Below, piece after piece: positions 1 through 10,828 of a stretch of DNA of 36,775 bases. This stretch comes from Chiloscyllium plagiosum. Taxonomy: Eukaryota. The notes below the pieces were generated by a model, which saw only the letters and a list, made by a program, of their open reading frames with translations, was not told the DNA's origin and made no database searches. The stretch covers positions 5,047,156-5,083,930 of the forward strand of contig NC_057753.1 of NCBI RefSeq assembly GCF_004010195.1, read 5' to 3'. The translations under genes were made by a program, and so were the position numbers. The stretch's first letter is position 1, and every line of letters starts with the position of its first letter.

Positions 1-294
1 CCCTCTCCTTAGTAACTGCCTGAGGCAGAAACATGGACTGAGATGGGGGATATTTAATCAAAAGGCTAGTATAAAGAAACTGGGTCTGATCTCACTGTAG
101 TAAAGAGGCCATTTGATCAAGTTGCACAAGTTTATGGTTGGTTTAAATTAAGTAGTTAAGGAAAACCTATCCCATTAATTGATTGTAAAATGATTGCAGG
201 ATACAGATTTAACATTCTGGGGAAGAGCTGCAGGGAGGAAATGAGGATGACATATTGTACAGTGACTGAGTGTGTACTGCAATTCAATACTTAC

Positions 295-401
295 TTTCAA
301 AGGCTGATTACATTCTGGTCCTAATGTATTAAATAATTGTCAGATTTTGATGTGATTGGAGGTACTTGGATTTTCCAACTTGTGAATTCTCTTGTCATAT
401 C
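295..401 (-). other. Putative non-coding 5' exon (exon 2) of a ZNF gene lying left of the window
   Basis: Minus-strand acceptor ttttacag| at 402-403 and donor |gtaagt at 293-294. Similar to 11376-11482, 19405-19489 and 35306-35405. Confidence 0.55.
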
Positions 402-760
402 CTGTAAAATAAGTTTACAAAATTGGTCACTGGCAGTCCAGGATAAAACTTCCCCTCCTTCTGACCCAGGATGACTGTGCATACTTCCTGTTGCAAACTG
501 CCCCTCATTGTGGTTGGCATTCCCTCAATTCAAGGAAGATGTCTATTCAGGGTTGTGAGTTGTGCCCTGGGTCTTTGTATGACCGAATGCAGCTGCAGAC
601 GTTTGGACACTTGGGGCAAGACATCCCATGTGGAGAGCGGGATTTGCTTCCTTTTCTTTCCTTCTGTGCCACAGCTCTACCTCATCAATGAGACACTAGG
701 TGTGAAGGGTTAATGCAGCTTGATGGACAGATTGTCCTCATTCTGAACAATGAGCAGTAA

Positions 761-1095
761 GGGGGGGGGGGGCAATGGTAGCATTAATTCAGAAACTCAG
801 GTAACATTCTGGGGAACTGGGTTCAAATTCCGCTGTGGCAGATGGTGGAATCTGAATTCAGTGAAGAATCTGACGTTAAGGGTCTAATGATCGTGAAGCC
901 ATTGTCGAATATCAGAAAATCTGGCTCATTAACGCCCTTTAGGGAAGGGTAATTCTACCATCCTTACCTGGCAGGACCATATCTGACTCTGGACCCACAG
1001 CAATATGGTTGACTCTCAGTTGCTCTCTGGGCAACTAGAAATCGGCGACAATGCCAGAGTGGCCCACATCCCATGAGTGAATTTTAAAAAGAAAC
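761..1095 (+). mobile_element. tRNA-derived SINE-like insertion with A-rich tail
   Basis: B-box-like gggttcaaattcc and an A-rich 3' end. Absent from the paralogous empty site at ~35780. Confidence 0.7.
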
Positions 1096-1118
1096 ACTCT
1101 CCCCAGTCATTCCAAACT

Positions 1119-1196
1119 TTGCCCCCTACAAAGATGGAGGCCGCGCTTGCTACTTTGGGGGGGAGGGTCCAGTGCCCCAAATAAAGATGGCGGCCT
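1119..1196. promoter_or_regulatory. Twin GCCCC..AAAGATGGCGG (YY1-like) module
   Basis: aagatggagg at 1131 and aagatggcgg at 1184, each preceded by tgcccc. The module recurs at 12561, 19578 and 35803. Confidence 0.6.
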
Positions 1197-1478
1197 TTCC
1201 CTGGGGCCTATTCCTGCGAGGACGCCTGGAGTCTGAGTCCTGTTTACGCCAACGTGAAACGAGCAGGTCCTTCTTCGGGGTTTGCGGCTTACACCAGGCG
1301 TTCGCGAAGTTTCTCCGTCCCCCCGCCCGGATTCATCGCACCCTCCTTCTCTCCTTGTTTGCCATCTTTCTGGAGCCGAGAAATAAAACTGCATCACCCG
1401 CTTCGCGCATGTTCGATCTGCCTTCCCTCCTGCGCCTGCTCATTGCGCTCCTGTTGTGCAGATAGGGGGCTTTCGCAC

Positions 1479-2147
1479 CTGCGAGGCATTCTGGGTAGCC
1501 TCGGCACCATTAATGTTCCCAATTACTGTGCCCAGGAATTTCTTTTTGTCACGGCGGGGGTGGGGGGTGTGACTACTGATGCCGGAGAACCAAAACAAAG
1601 TTGGTACATTAGGTTGTACGGACACCAGTTTGAGCCGGAGAGCGGTACAACACTTCAGCACACTCCCTCTGAGGTAAGAATCACAGCATTGTTAGCCCCG
1701 ATGCACAAAGAGGTGTCACGGCCCACGATATCACCTGATGAAGGAGCGTCGCTCCGAAAGCGAGTATGCTTCAATTAAACCTGTTGGACTATAGCCTGGT
1801 GTTGTGTGATTTTTAACTTTGTACACCCCAGTCCAACACCGGCATCTCCAAATCATCGCGATAGATGCGGTGGCTATCGGATTGAACATGTAATTTAGTG
1901 CCATTCTTCTGCCATCTCCCATTTTCCTGTATGCTTTCTAGCCTGCGAGGAATTCTGGGTAGCGGAGCACCATTGATGTTCCCCAATTTGAGCCAGAGAG
2001 CAATACAACCCTTCAGCACACTCCTTCTGTGTTAAGAATCACAGTATTATTACACCCTAGCAGAAAGAGGTGTCAGGGCCCACGATGGATGCGGTCAGAA
2101 TGAACATGTAATTTAGTGCCATTCTTCTGCCATCTCCCCATTTTCGC
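1479..2147 (+). repeat. Local direct duplication (two diverged copies, ~1479-1930 and ~1943-2147)
   Basis: Both copies begin ctgcgagg-attctgggtagc and end tgaacatgtaatttagtgccattcttctgccatctccc. Confidence 0.85.
1731..1857 (+). mobile_element. Penelope-like element terminal repeat with degenerate hammerhead motif
   Basis: cacCTGATGAaggagcgtcgctccGAAAgcga..., ending ggcatctccaaatca. Absent from the second copy of the local duplication. Confidence 0.7.
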
Positions 2148-2610
2148 GTGTGCTCTTTTTTTCAAATAAAAATTCCTTTTTGAATGCCTCGTTGAAACTC
2201 CCTCCACCAGACTCTCAGGGAGCACAGGCCGGATGCTGCCGACCTGCTGTACTTTTCCAGCACCACTCCAATCTTGACCATTATGAAATACTCTGCACAT
2301 CTGTTCTTCCTATGAAACATCACATTTTTTCCATATTATTTTCCATTTTATATTCCTACCTAGTCACTAAGCCTATCCAAATCGTCCTGAAGACACTTTA
2401 CAATATTAAAGACTTGGAGAAGGGGGTAGCGTGTAATGCTGGTTTGCTAATGATAAAAAAAGTTGGAAGGGCATACTGCGATTATATTATAAAGCATCTG
2501 TAAGAGGATATAGATGGGTTGAGTGAGTCGGCAAAGGATTGGCATTTAATATAGGAAAGTGTGAGGTCATGGACTTTAATATGAAGAATGAAAAGGCAGT
2601 TTAAAAAAAA

Positions 2611-2940
2611 TAGAATCCTTACAGTATGCAAACAGGCCCTTTGGCCCAGTAAGTCCACACCGACCCTCTGAAGAGTATCCGATCCAGATCCATTCCCCTA
2701 TCTAATTACTCTACATTTACCCCTGACTAATGCACCTAACCTACACATCCCTGAACAATTTAGCACGGCGAATTTATCTAACTTGCACATCTTTGGATTG
2801 TGGGAGGAAACCGGAACACTGGGGGAAACCCACAGACACAGAGAGAATGTGCAAACTCCACACAGACAGTCGCCCGAGGCTGGAATCAAACCTAGGTCCC
2901 CAGCACTGTGAGGCAGCAGTGCTAACCACTGAGCCACCGT
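2611..2940 (-). mobile_element. HE1-like SINE
   Basis: Reverse complement of the tRNA-like head ggtggctcagtggttagcactgctgcctcacag, the central gtgtggagtttgcacattctc domain and a LINE-like tail. Confidence 0.9.
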
Positions 2941-3122
2941 ACAGAACTTACCACAAGAGAGGCAGCACAGAGTTGAGTGTTCTTGTACATGAAACATGCA
3001 AAGTTAGAATGTGAGTGCAACAAGTAACCAAGAAGGCAATGGATTTCTAGCCTTCATTGCTTGGGATTGCAGTTTAAGAACAGGGAGTTCTTGTTATAAC
3101 TGGATAGAGCGTATTAGAAGAA

Positions 3123-3630
3123 TTTGAGGACTGCAAATTAGAGTTGAGAGTGTGGTGCTAGAAACAACAGCAGGTCAGACAGCATGCGAGGAGTAAGAGA
3201 GTCGACGTTTTGAGCAAAATCCTTTCATCAGAAAGAGGCTTTGAGCTGAGGGGACAGTCCATGAGGTTGGCAACGAGTTGGAAGGTTGGATCTGGAATAA
3301 GGCGGAGGGAGGGCAAATGAGGAAACTGATGAAATCCACATTGATGCCCTGGGTTTGGAGGATCCTGAGGCGGAAGATGAGGCGTTCTTCGTCCAGGGGT
3401 CGGGTGGTTAGGGAGTGGCGACGAAGGAGGCCCAGGACCTGCATGTCCTTGGCGGAGTGGAAGGGGGAGTTGAAGCGTTCAGCCATGGCGCAGTGGGGTT
3501 GTTGGTGTGGGTGTCCCGGAGGTGTTCTCTGAAGCGTTCTGCGAGTAGGCGTCCAGCATCCCCAATGTACAGGTGAGCATCCGGAGCAAACGGATACAGT
3601 AAATTACACGTGGAAGTGCAAGTGAAACTA
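3123..3630 (-). mobile_element. Penelope-like element 3' fragment (GIY-YIG endonuclease remnant plus terminal repeat)
   Basis: Frameshifted translation FTCTST..LLY..LYIGDAGRLLAERFREHLR / AERFNSPFHS...EERLIFRL..LQTQGINVDF, followed by a CTGATGA-bearing terminus. Confidence 0.85.
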
Positions 3631-3979
3631 GAGTGCATTAGAGTCCAAGAGAGCAATTGAAAATCTGAAAACCAGAACAATCTAGAATTTGAAAAGATGA
3701 AAGATTTAACCCTGGGGGTGATGTCCAGCAGAAAAAACGGAATGTAACCGCGCTGGTAACGCATCAAGTTTGGGCACGTTGGATAAATCAATGAACCCCT
3801 TTCTATTCACAGAGCAGAGAAATTGTCTCTATCTCTCTGGAAGAGATCCTGGAGCCGTCCACCGTTTGGTGTGAAGACTGAGCTGCTTTTTCGAAGTCTT
3901 AGTGTGTTCCCTAAGCCTCCTCGCCCAGCCACTTTATCGCTTCCTCCAGGCAACCCGAGTCCTGACCATTTACAACAAA

Positions 3980-4100
3980 CTACGCATGCTCCACTTCACG
4001 GCGGGGCATGGGTGATTGACAGCAGATTACACCAATAGGGGCAGATGAGGCGGGGCTGGAGGACCGAGCTAGTGCCGTTAGTCCTCCAATCAATGAACGA
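3980..4100. promoter_or_regulatory. Promoter-like cluster (NRF1-like, TGATTGACAG, CCAAT x2, GC boxes)
   Basis: tacgcatgc, TGATTGACAG at 4013-4022, CCAAT at 4032-4036 and ggcgggg twice. Resembles 36075-36170. Confidence 0.5.
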
Positions 4101-4607
4101 GGGCAAAGCTCGAGTCCAGCCCAGGATGCGGACCGGTTGGGGAGAGCGTGGAACTCATTTCGAAGACAATGGGGAGAGAGACATTTGGAGATAAAGAGAG
4201 TTAATGATCTATGTTTTCAATATTGAGCAATCACAATATTTTCTCTGACATTCAGCAGGTTAAGGGGTGGACCAGATCGAAGTCTTCAAAGTATTATCAG
4301 GATTTGTATTTGCAGATACATTCTATTTTGTCCAAAAAGCACCCAAATTGTCTGCAGTCAGTCCACGTGACATTTTATAAATTCCTACTTTGGAAATAAG
4401 ACCAGTTTCACTCCAGGCTGGGACACAAACAGACTCTAACATCACACCTTTCATGCATTGTCTGAGCTGAGATGTCATTTTTTTTAAAATAGGCTGAGAA
4501 AACCTTGTTATCTCGGTTAAAAAAAAATCACACAATACCAGGTTATGGTCCAACATCAGGTGGTGTAACCACCTGATGTTGGTCCATAACCTGGTGTTGT
4601 GTGTAAC

Positions 4608-4642
4608 CACCTGATGAAGGAGCGATGCTCCGAAAGCTAGTG
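4608..4642 (+). ncRNA. Minimal type I hammerhead ribozyme motif
   Basis: cac-CTGATGA-a-ggagc-gat-gctcc-GAAA-gc-TA-gtg. Conserved core, 5-bp stem II, 3-bp stem I (cac/gtg), CUA triplet and palindromic AGCT in place of stem III. Confidence 0.75.
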
Positions 4643-4683
4643 CTTCCAATTAAACCTGTTGGACTATAACCTGCTGTTTTAAT

Positions 4684-4993
4684 TAATTAGATTATTAGAT
4701 TACTTACAGTGTGGAAACAGGCCATTCGGCCCAACAAGTCCGAAGCGCAATCCACCCAGACCCATTCCCCTACATTTACCCCTTTACCTAACACTACGGG
4801 CAATTTAGCATGGCCAATTCACCTGACCTGCACATCTTTGGACTGTGGGAGGAAACCGGAGTACCGGGAGGAAACACCTAGACACGGGGAGAATGTGCAA
4901 ACTCCACACAGTCAGTCGCCTGAGGCGGGAATTGAACCCGGGTCTCTGGCGCTGTGAGGCAGCAGTGCTAACCACTGTGCCACCGTACCGCCA
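4684..4993 (-). mobile_element. HE1-like SINE inserted in a PLE terminal repeat
   Basis: Full HE1-like head, body and attag-type tail. It interrupts ggactataacct...gtgttgtgtga. Confidence 0.9.
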
Positions 4994-5415
4994 GTGTTGT
5001 GTGAGATTTTCACACCCCAGCCCAAAACTGGCATCTCCAAATCATGATTGTTATCTCGGGGCTGTGACTTGAAAGAAATTCTGGGATTTACACATTAATC
5101 AATCGAAACCATTCTAAGTGATTAAAGACTTAACATCCACCTAGTTTTTCTAATACATTACATCAGTTGCGTGACACTTGGATCTTTTACTGATAAATTC
5201 TGTGTCCTATGTATCTTGCCCCACTAGCTCCCTGATGAAGGAGCAGCACTCCAAAAGCTGGTATTTTCAAAAAAACCTGTTGGACTAGAACCTGGTGCCA
5301 CGTGATTTTCAACTTTTAACAGGAAAAGACCTGGGTAGATAAAAAAATAAACTATTTCCTTGGTTGGAGATTTTGGCATAAAATGAGAATTCGGGCCAAA
5401 TGTCCAGGAGGCATT

Positions 5416-5625
5416 AAAACAAAAGCAGAAGTTGCTGGAAAATCTCAGCAGGTCTAGCAGCACCCGAGGACAGAGGTCAGAGTTAATGCTTCGGGTCCAG
5501 TGACCTTTCTTCAGATGTTACGTTAATTCTGATTTCTCTCCACAGATGCTGCCAAACCTGTGGGTTTTTTCCGGCAATTTCGGTTTCTGATTTCCAGCAA
5601 CCACAGTTCTTTTGTTTTTTTTTTA
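5416..5625. mobile_element. Fold-back pair of PLE-like termini (different subfamily)
   Basis: gttgctggaaaatctcagcaggtc...agagttaa faces ttaattctgatttctctccacagatgctgcc. The minus strand has a CTGAAGA..ggtc/gacc stem with a mutated GAAA. Confidence 0.6.
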
Positions 5626-6261
5626 AAATGGGAGAGATGTTCGACAACACTTGTACACACACACACACACAAAGTAGACATTTGGAACCTCGTCCACAAA
5701 CAGCAGTGGATGCTGGATCCTAAGTCTGAGACAGAGAAACGTTTGTTAAGCAACTGTATTAAGGGACATGGGCCAAAGGCATGTGGAGTTAGGGCCGTGG
5801 TTGGTGGAACAGGCTCAAGGGGCTGAATGGCCGACTGCTGTTCCTGTATTCCTATGTAAACCTGGGGATTGGTGTTAGGAAGAACAACCTACCTCAGTGC
5901 ATTACTACAGAAAGCCTTAAAATGAGAGTGACAGCAATTCAGAATGGATGGTTGGACTCCCAGACAAACCTGGACGTTTCTCTGTGACTTTAAACGGAGG
6001 AACCCCTGTGGCACTGATGCAAATACCCCCAATATCTGTTCGTGAAATGGACATTCAGAAGACCATGCAATTATCTGAGGGAATCACACAGATGGAGTGA
6101 GCAACTTAATTCCATGTCAGGTTTTGGAGCCGGAAAAAGTTGACTGAATGGCAGTTTCATCCTGAGGGGAGAAAAATCCAAAGGATCTTGGGTTTCAATA
6201 AGATCACCTCTGATTTTTCCAAACCCCAATGAGTACAGACCCAACCTCTTCTCATAAGATG

Positions 6262-6570
6262 ATTAGATTAAATTCCCTACAGTGTGGAAACAGGCCCTTC
6301 AGCCCAACAAGTCCACACCGACCCTCCAAACAGTGACCCACCCAGACCCATTCCCCCTGACTAATGCGCCTAATACTACGGGCAATTTAGCATGGCCAAT
6401 TCACCTGACCTACACATCTTTTGGATTGTGGGAGGAAACCGGAGCAACCGGAGGGAACCTACACAGACACGGGGAGAATGTGCAAACTCCACACAGACAG
6501 TTGCCTGAGGTGGGAACTGAACCCAGGTCCCTGATGCTGTGAGGCAGCAGTGCTAACCACTGAGCAACCC
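6262..6570 (-). mobile_element. HE1-like SINE
   Basis: Same head, body and tail as the other copies. Confidence 0.9.
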
Positions 6571-7089
6571 TTTAAAATAGTCCTTCCATATCCAGGATGA
6601 GCCCAGTGAGACTTCTCTGGGCTGTGTCCAATGCCAGTATATATATTTTTCCTTATACAAGGACCCCAGGACTGTTCACAGTATTCCAACTGTTCCTTGT
6701 ACAGTTTTAGAAATAGATCCCCATATTTATACTCCATTTCCTCTTCAAATCAATGGCAATATTACAATGTTATCTGCTGAACTCGTGTGCCAGCATTTTG
6801 TAATTCACGTACAAGGAGCCCCAACTCTCTAAAACACAAATAGGAAGTGGTGGAAAAACTCAGCAAATCTTACAGCACCTGTAGGAGAGGAGCAGAGTTA
6901 ATATTTCAAGGCCAGCGACCCTTATCAGAACAGACTTTTAAATCTCTCTGTGGTCTTTCCTGATTTAAATAATAATCAGCTCCTCAATTCTCTCTGCAAA
7001 AGCGCATAACCTCACATTTTTTTGTCATTAAATTCCATCTGCCAAGATTTTGGCCAACTTGCTTAACCTGCTTATGTAGTCTGGCTAAC

Positions 7090-7420
7090 ACCAATTGTTA
7101 CAGTTAACCTGGGAATGCAACTTTAAAAAAAAAACGTTTTGTGATTTACACATGAAAGAAGTGAAACTATCACTGTATTCTAACAGATGAAAGACTCAAC
7201 AAACAAGCAAGGTATTTTTCAATGTATAATTTCAGTTACATCACACTGTAAACTTTTGCTATAAATTCTGTGCCTTACAATTGTGTACTCCATAACCACC
7301 TGATGAAGGAGCGGCCCTCCAAAAGCTAGTGCTTCCAATTAAACCTGTTGGACTATAACCTGGTGTTGTGTGATTTTTAAACTTTGTACATCCCAGTCCA
7401 ACACTGGCGCCTCTAAATTA
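7090..7420 (+). mobile_element. PLE 3' terminal region with hammerhead core mutated (GAAA to AAAA)
   Basis: accacCTGATGAaggagcggccctccAAAAgctagtg at ~7295-7331, with the same downstream tail as 1731-1857. Confidence 0.7.
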
Positions 7421-7941
7421 TGTGTCTCTGCATCATTCTCAAGACTTGCCCTCCCATTTCCGTGGCTTTTGCAAACTCGGCTATAGTACATTCACTTTCC
7501 TCATCCCAGTCACTGATATCTATTGTAAATATTTGTTGGGCCATCACTGCTCCCTATGGCACTCCGGGTTTCAGGTTGCCATTCTGAAAATGTCCCCCTT
7601 TATTCCTAACTCTGTCTTCTATTAGTTAGATATTCCTCTATCCATGCTAACATACCATCTCCAACACCATGGTCTTATTAACTAACCTAATGTGAAGTAC
7701 CTCATCAAATACTTTCACAATATAGTGACAGAGAAGCTCCATGAGATTTATACACTCGGGAGGATGGAGGAGATAGGGGAAAGGGGGAGCCCTTCAAAAG
7801 GGATTAACTTCTATTAGAGATGTTAAGATGGTTCAACACATCGTGCATTTAATACAACTTTATTTGACTTTCATCCTGAATATTCACCTGAATGTGCTGG
7901 ATTCTATTCAATGGGCAAAACAGATCCCAATGAACATGGTT

Positions 7942-8032
7942 CCTGGCAAAGGGCTTTTGCCCGAAACATCGATTTTCCTGCTCCTCGGATGCCGCCTGAT
8001 CGGCTGTACTTTTCCAGTACCATATTCTGGAC
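7942..8032 (+). mobile_element. Short PLE terminus inserted in a ZNF 3' UTR
   Basis: gggcttttgcccgaaacatcg...cttttccagtacca, flanked by cccaatgaacatggtt (7926-7941) and cccagtgaacatggct (8033-8048). Confidence 0.7.
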
Positions 8033-8079
8033 CCCAGTGAACATGGCTCAGTCCTTATATGACAATCAACAAAACACAA

Positions 8080-9207
8080 TCACTGTAGTTCCTGGTGAAT
8101 TTGCTGATGCTTCAAGAGGGTCGATGCCCGAGTGAATCCCTTCCCACACTGTGAGCAGGTGTACGGCCTCTCTCCACTGTGATCACGTTGATGTCTCAGC
8201 AAGCTGGATAACTGAGTGAACGCCTTCCCACAATCAAAGCAGGTGAACGGCCGCTCCCCGGTGTGAACTCGCCGGTGCATCGCCAGGGTGGAAGACCGAG
8301 TGAATCCCTTCCCGCATAAAGGGCAGGTGAAGGGCCTCTCCCCGGTGTGAACCCGCTGGTGTGTCACCAGGGTGGACGAAGTGGTGAATCCCTTCCCGCA
8401 TACAGAGCAGGTGAAAGCCCTCTCCCCGGTGTGAACCCGCTGGTGTATCAGCAGGTCCGATGAGTTTGTGAATCCCTTCCCACACTCGGAGCAGGAGAAC
8501 GGTCTCTCCCCGGTGTGAACGCGCCGATGGGTCATCAGCTGGTAAGACCGAGTGAATCCCCTCCCGCAGTCAGAGCACGTGAATGGTTTCTCACCGGTGT
8601 GTGTGCGGTGATGGGTTTCTAGCTCAGAGGGGTAACTGAACCCCTTCCCACAGTCGCCACATTTCCACGGCTTCTCCTTATTGCGAGTGCACTGGTGTAC
8701 GGTGAGCTCAGGCAATGTCTCGAACCCGGACCCACAGTGGGAGCACTGGAATGGTGTCCCCTCAGAGCGAACGTGCTGATGGGCCATCAGTCCCTCAGAA
8801 CCTGCGCAGCGCTTCCCGCAGTCCAGGCACGGAAAAGATCTCTTTGCAGTTGGAACTTGATGTGTCAGCGAGCTGGAGGAAGGCGTGAAGCCCCTCACCC
8901 ACTCGTTACAGGCGAACAGCCTCTCCCCAGCGTGGACTCGCTGGTGCCTCTGCAGGTGGGACGACGTAGTAAAACCCTTCCCGCACCCCGAGCAGGTGAA
9001 CGGCCTCTCGCCGGTGTGACTGCGCCGATGAGTCTCCAACTTTGACGGGGAAATGAATCCCTTCCCACAGTCCCCGCATTTCCACGGTTTCTCTGCGTTC
9101 TGACTGCATTTATGTCCGAACAGATCAGATGACCGGCTGAAGCCTTGTCCACACACAGAACACGTGTACAGTTTCTCCCCACCGTGACTGGTGCCTTTTT
9201 CTTCCAT
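8080..9207 (-). CDS. C2H2 zinc-finger protein, 13 repeats (9 canonical, 4 degenerate)
   Basis: CxxC-x12-HxxxH repeats with TGE(R/K)PF linkers. First ATG at 9207 (the ORF-track start is a TTG), acceptor at 9317-9318, AATAAA at 7859-7864. Confidence 0.9.
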   Translation of the reverse strand: MEEKGTSHGGEKLYTCSVCGQGFSRSSDLFGHKCSQNAEKPWKCGDCGKGFISPSKLETHRRSHTGERPFTCSGCGKGFTTSSHLQRHQRVHAGERLFACNEWVRGFTPSSSSLTHQVPTAKRSFPCLDCGKRCAGSEGLMAHQHVRSEGTPFQCSHCGSGFETLPELTVHQCTRNKEKPWKCGDCGKGFSYPSELETHHRTHTGEKPFTCSDCGRGFTRSYQLMTHRRVHTGERPFSCSECGKGFTNSSDLLIHQRVHTGERAFTCSVCGKGFTTSSTLVTHQRVHTGERPFTCPLCGKGFTRSSTLAMHRRVHTGERPFTCFDCGKAFTQLSSLLRHQRDHSGERPYTCSQCGKGFTRASTLLKHQQIHQELQ

Positions 9208-10133
9208 GTTCAAAATCCAACGATATTCAGGTTGCAATAAAGTGGTCAGATCTGTTAGGTTCTGATGCTATGTTTGGTTTCCGTTTCCCAACTGCAAGTC
9301 CTCCTTTTCTAAGACCCTGCGAAAATTGTTGAAAGGAGAAAAGAGAGAGTGAAAGAGAATGAGCAAAAACACAAAACCATGCCAAATTGAGCCGATTCAA
9401 GCTGGTAATTTGAGAGACCAGCACAGTGGATACATGAACGTTGTTGGACAATCCTAAGAACTCACTGCTTCGACAACTTCTTCAGGGAACAGAACTTGTC
9501 ACACCTCTGGACATGCACAGGACTCTAGCCCCTTTGGGACAACATTAGAGACTGTGACAGAGTGAGAGAGATGGGAGAGATGGGGGAAATGGAGAAGTAA
9601 GTTTGAACAGATCAGCACCTTGAATAGGACTCTGATAGAATTTACCAAACCCTCCACCAACTCGAAGGACCAGGATCGCAGCTACATATAAACACCACGA
9701 CCTACAGATTCCTACCAAGTCACACGTTGTCTTGATATACCTAACATCCAGCACTGGATGAGAAGGAATTTCCTCCATTTAGATTCTGGGAAAACACAAG
9801 GCATTGTCTTCAAGAACCACGACAAACTCCACTCCCGAACTGTCTCCATCCCTATCGTTGATGATGGTGCTATAGCCATTCCTTCATCTTCCCTGGATGA
9901 AGAACTCCTAACTCCTTCCCTCTCAGCATGGTTGGAGCTCTTTTGTCACGTGGCTGGAAAATTCTCCATGCCCTGGACAGTGACAACTAAAAATCCAGAA
10001 ACAAAATCTAACCTTCTGTCCCTGCAAATAAAATTAAAATCGTCTGCGAAGACACTTGCTCCTTTCTCGATCCTCTTTTACATTTTATGCGTCGTGTCTG
10101 TTTCACAGTTTGGTCTTCCTAGAATTTACAATT

Positions 10134-10735
10134 TCAAGGCCTGCTCCACCATTCATCACGATCATGGCTGATCGTCCAACTCAATAACCTAAATGCTACT
10201 TTCTCCCCATAACCTTTGACCCCATTCACCCCAAGTGCTGTATCAAGCCACCTCTTGAATACGTTCAATGTTTTGGCATCAACTACTTCCTGAGGTAATG
10301 AATTCCACAGGCTCGCCACTCTTTGGGTGAAGAAATGTCTCCCTATCTCCGTCCAAAATGGTGCACCCCGAATCCTCAGACCGTGACACCCCTGGTCCTG
10401 GACACACCCACCATCGGGAACATCCTCCCTGTGTCTACCCTGTCTAGTCCTGTTAGAATTTTATAAGTCTCAATGAGATCGCGTCCCCTCATTCATCTCA
10501 ACTCCAGTGGAAACATTCCTAACCTAGTCAGTCAATCTTTCCTCATACCTCAGTCCCGCCATCCCTGGAATCAGCCTGGGGAACCTTCGCTGCACCTCCC
10601 TCAAAAGCACGATCACCCTTCCTCAGAAAAGGAAGACCAAAACCACACACAGCATTCTAGGTGCGGACTCACAAAGGCCCTGTATAACTAAAATGACAAA
10701 TCTCTGCTCCTGTACTCGAAACTTCTCGAAATGAA
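10134..10735 (-). mobile_element. CR1-clade LINE 3' fragment
   Basis: Translation LWNSLPQEVVDAKTLNVFKRWLD is typical of the CR1 ORF2 C-terminus. Confidence 0.85.
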
Positions 10736-10828
10736 GGTACACGCCAGGCCTGTAATGTTACCAATTCCATCCTGAATGCCTCCCCTTCCACCCCGCCTAC
10801 TCACTATTCTGGTGCAGATTTACAAATA

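Larger units (their letters stand above)
4390..5320 (+). mobile_element. Nested Penelope-like termini (younger copy 4517-5047 inside an older 3' end)
   Basis: 12-bp direct repeat ttgttatctcgg at 4505-4516 and 5048-5059. Hammerhead-like cores at 4611 and 5232. Confidence 0.7.

Noticed and set aside
1119..1135. CTCF site at tgccccct
   Set aside because: The CTCF core would continue (a/g)gtgg or gctgg. Here it continues acaaag.
1254..1778. 174-aa ORF as a gene
   Set aside because: Runs through a GC-rich promoter, a local duplication and a PLE terminus, with no recognisable domain.
2880..2940. tRNA genes at HE1 heads
   Set aside because: A/B-box sequences run straight into SINE bodies, so they are SINE heads rather than tRNAs.
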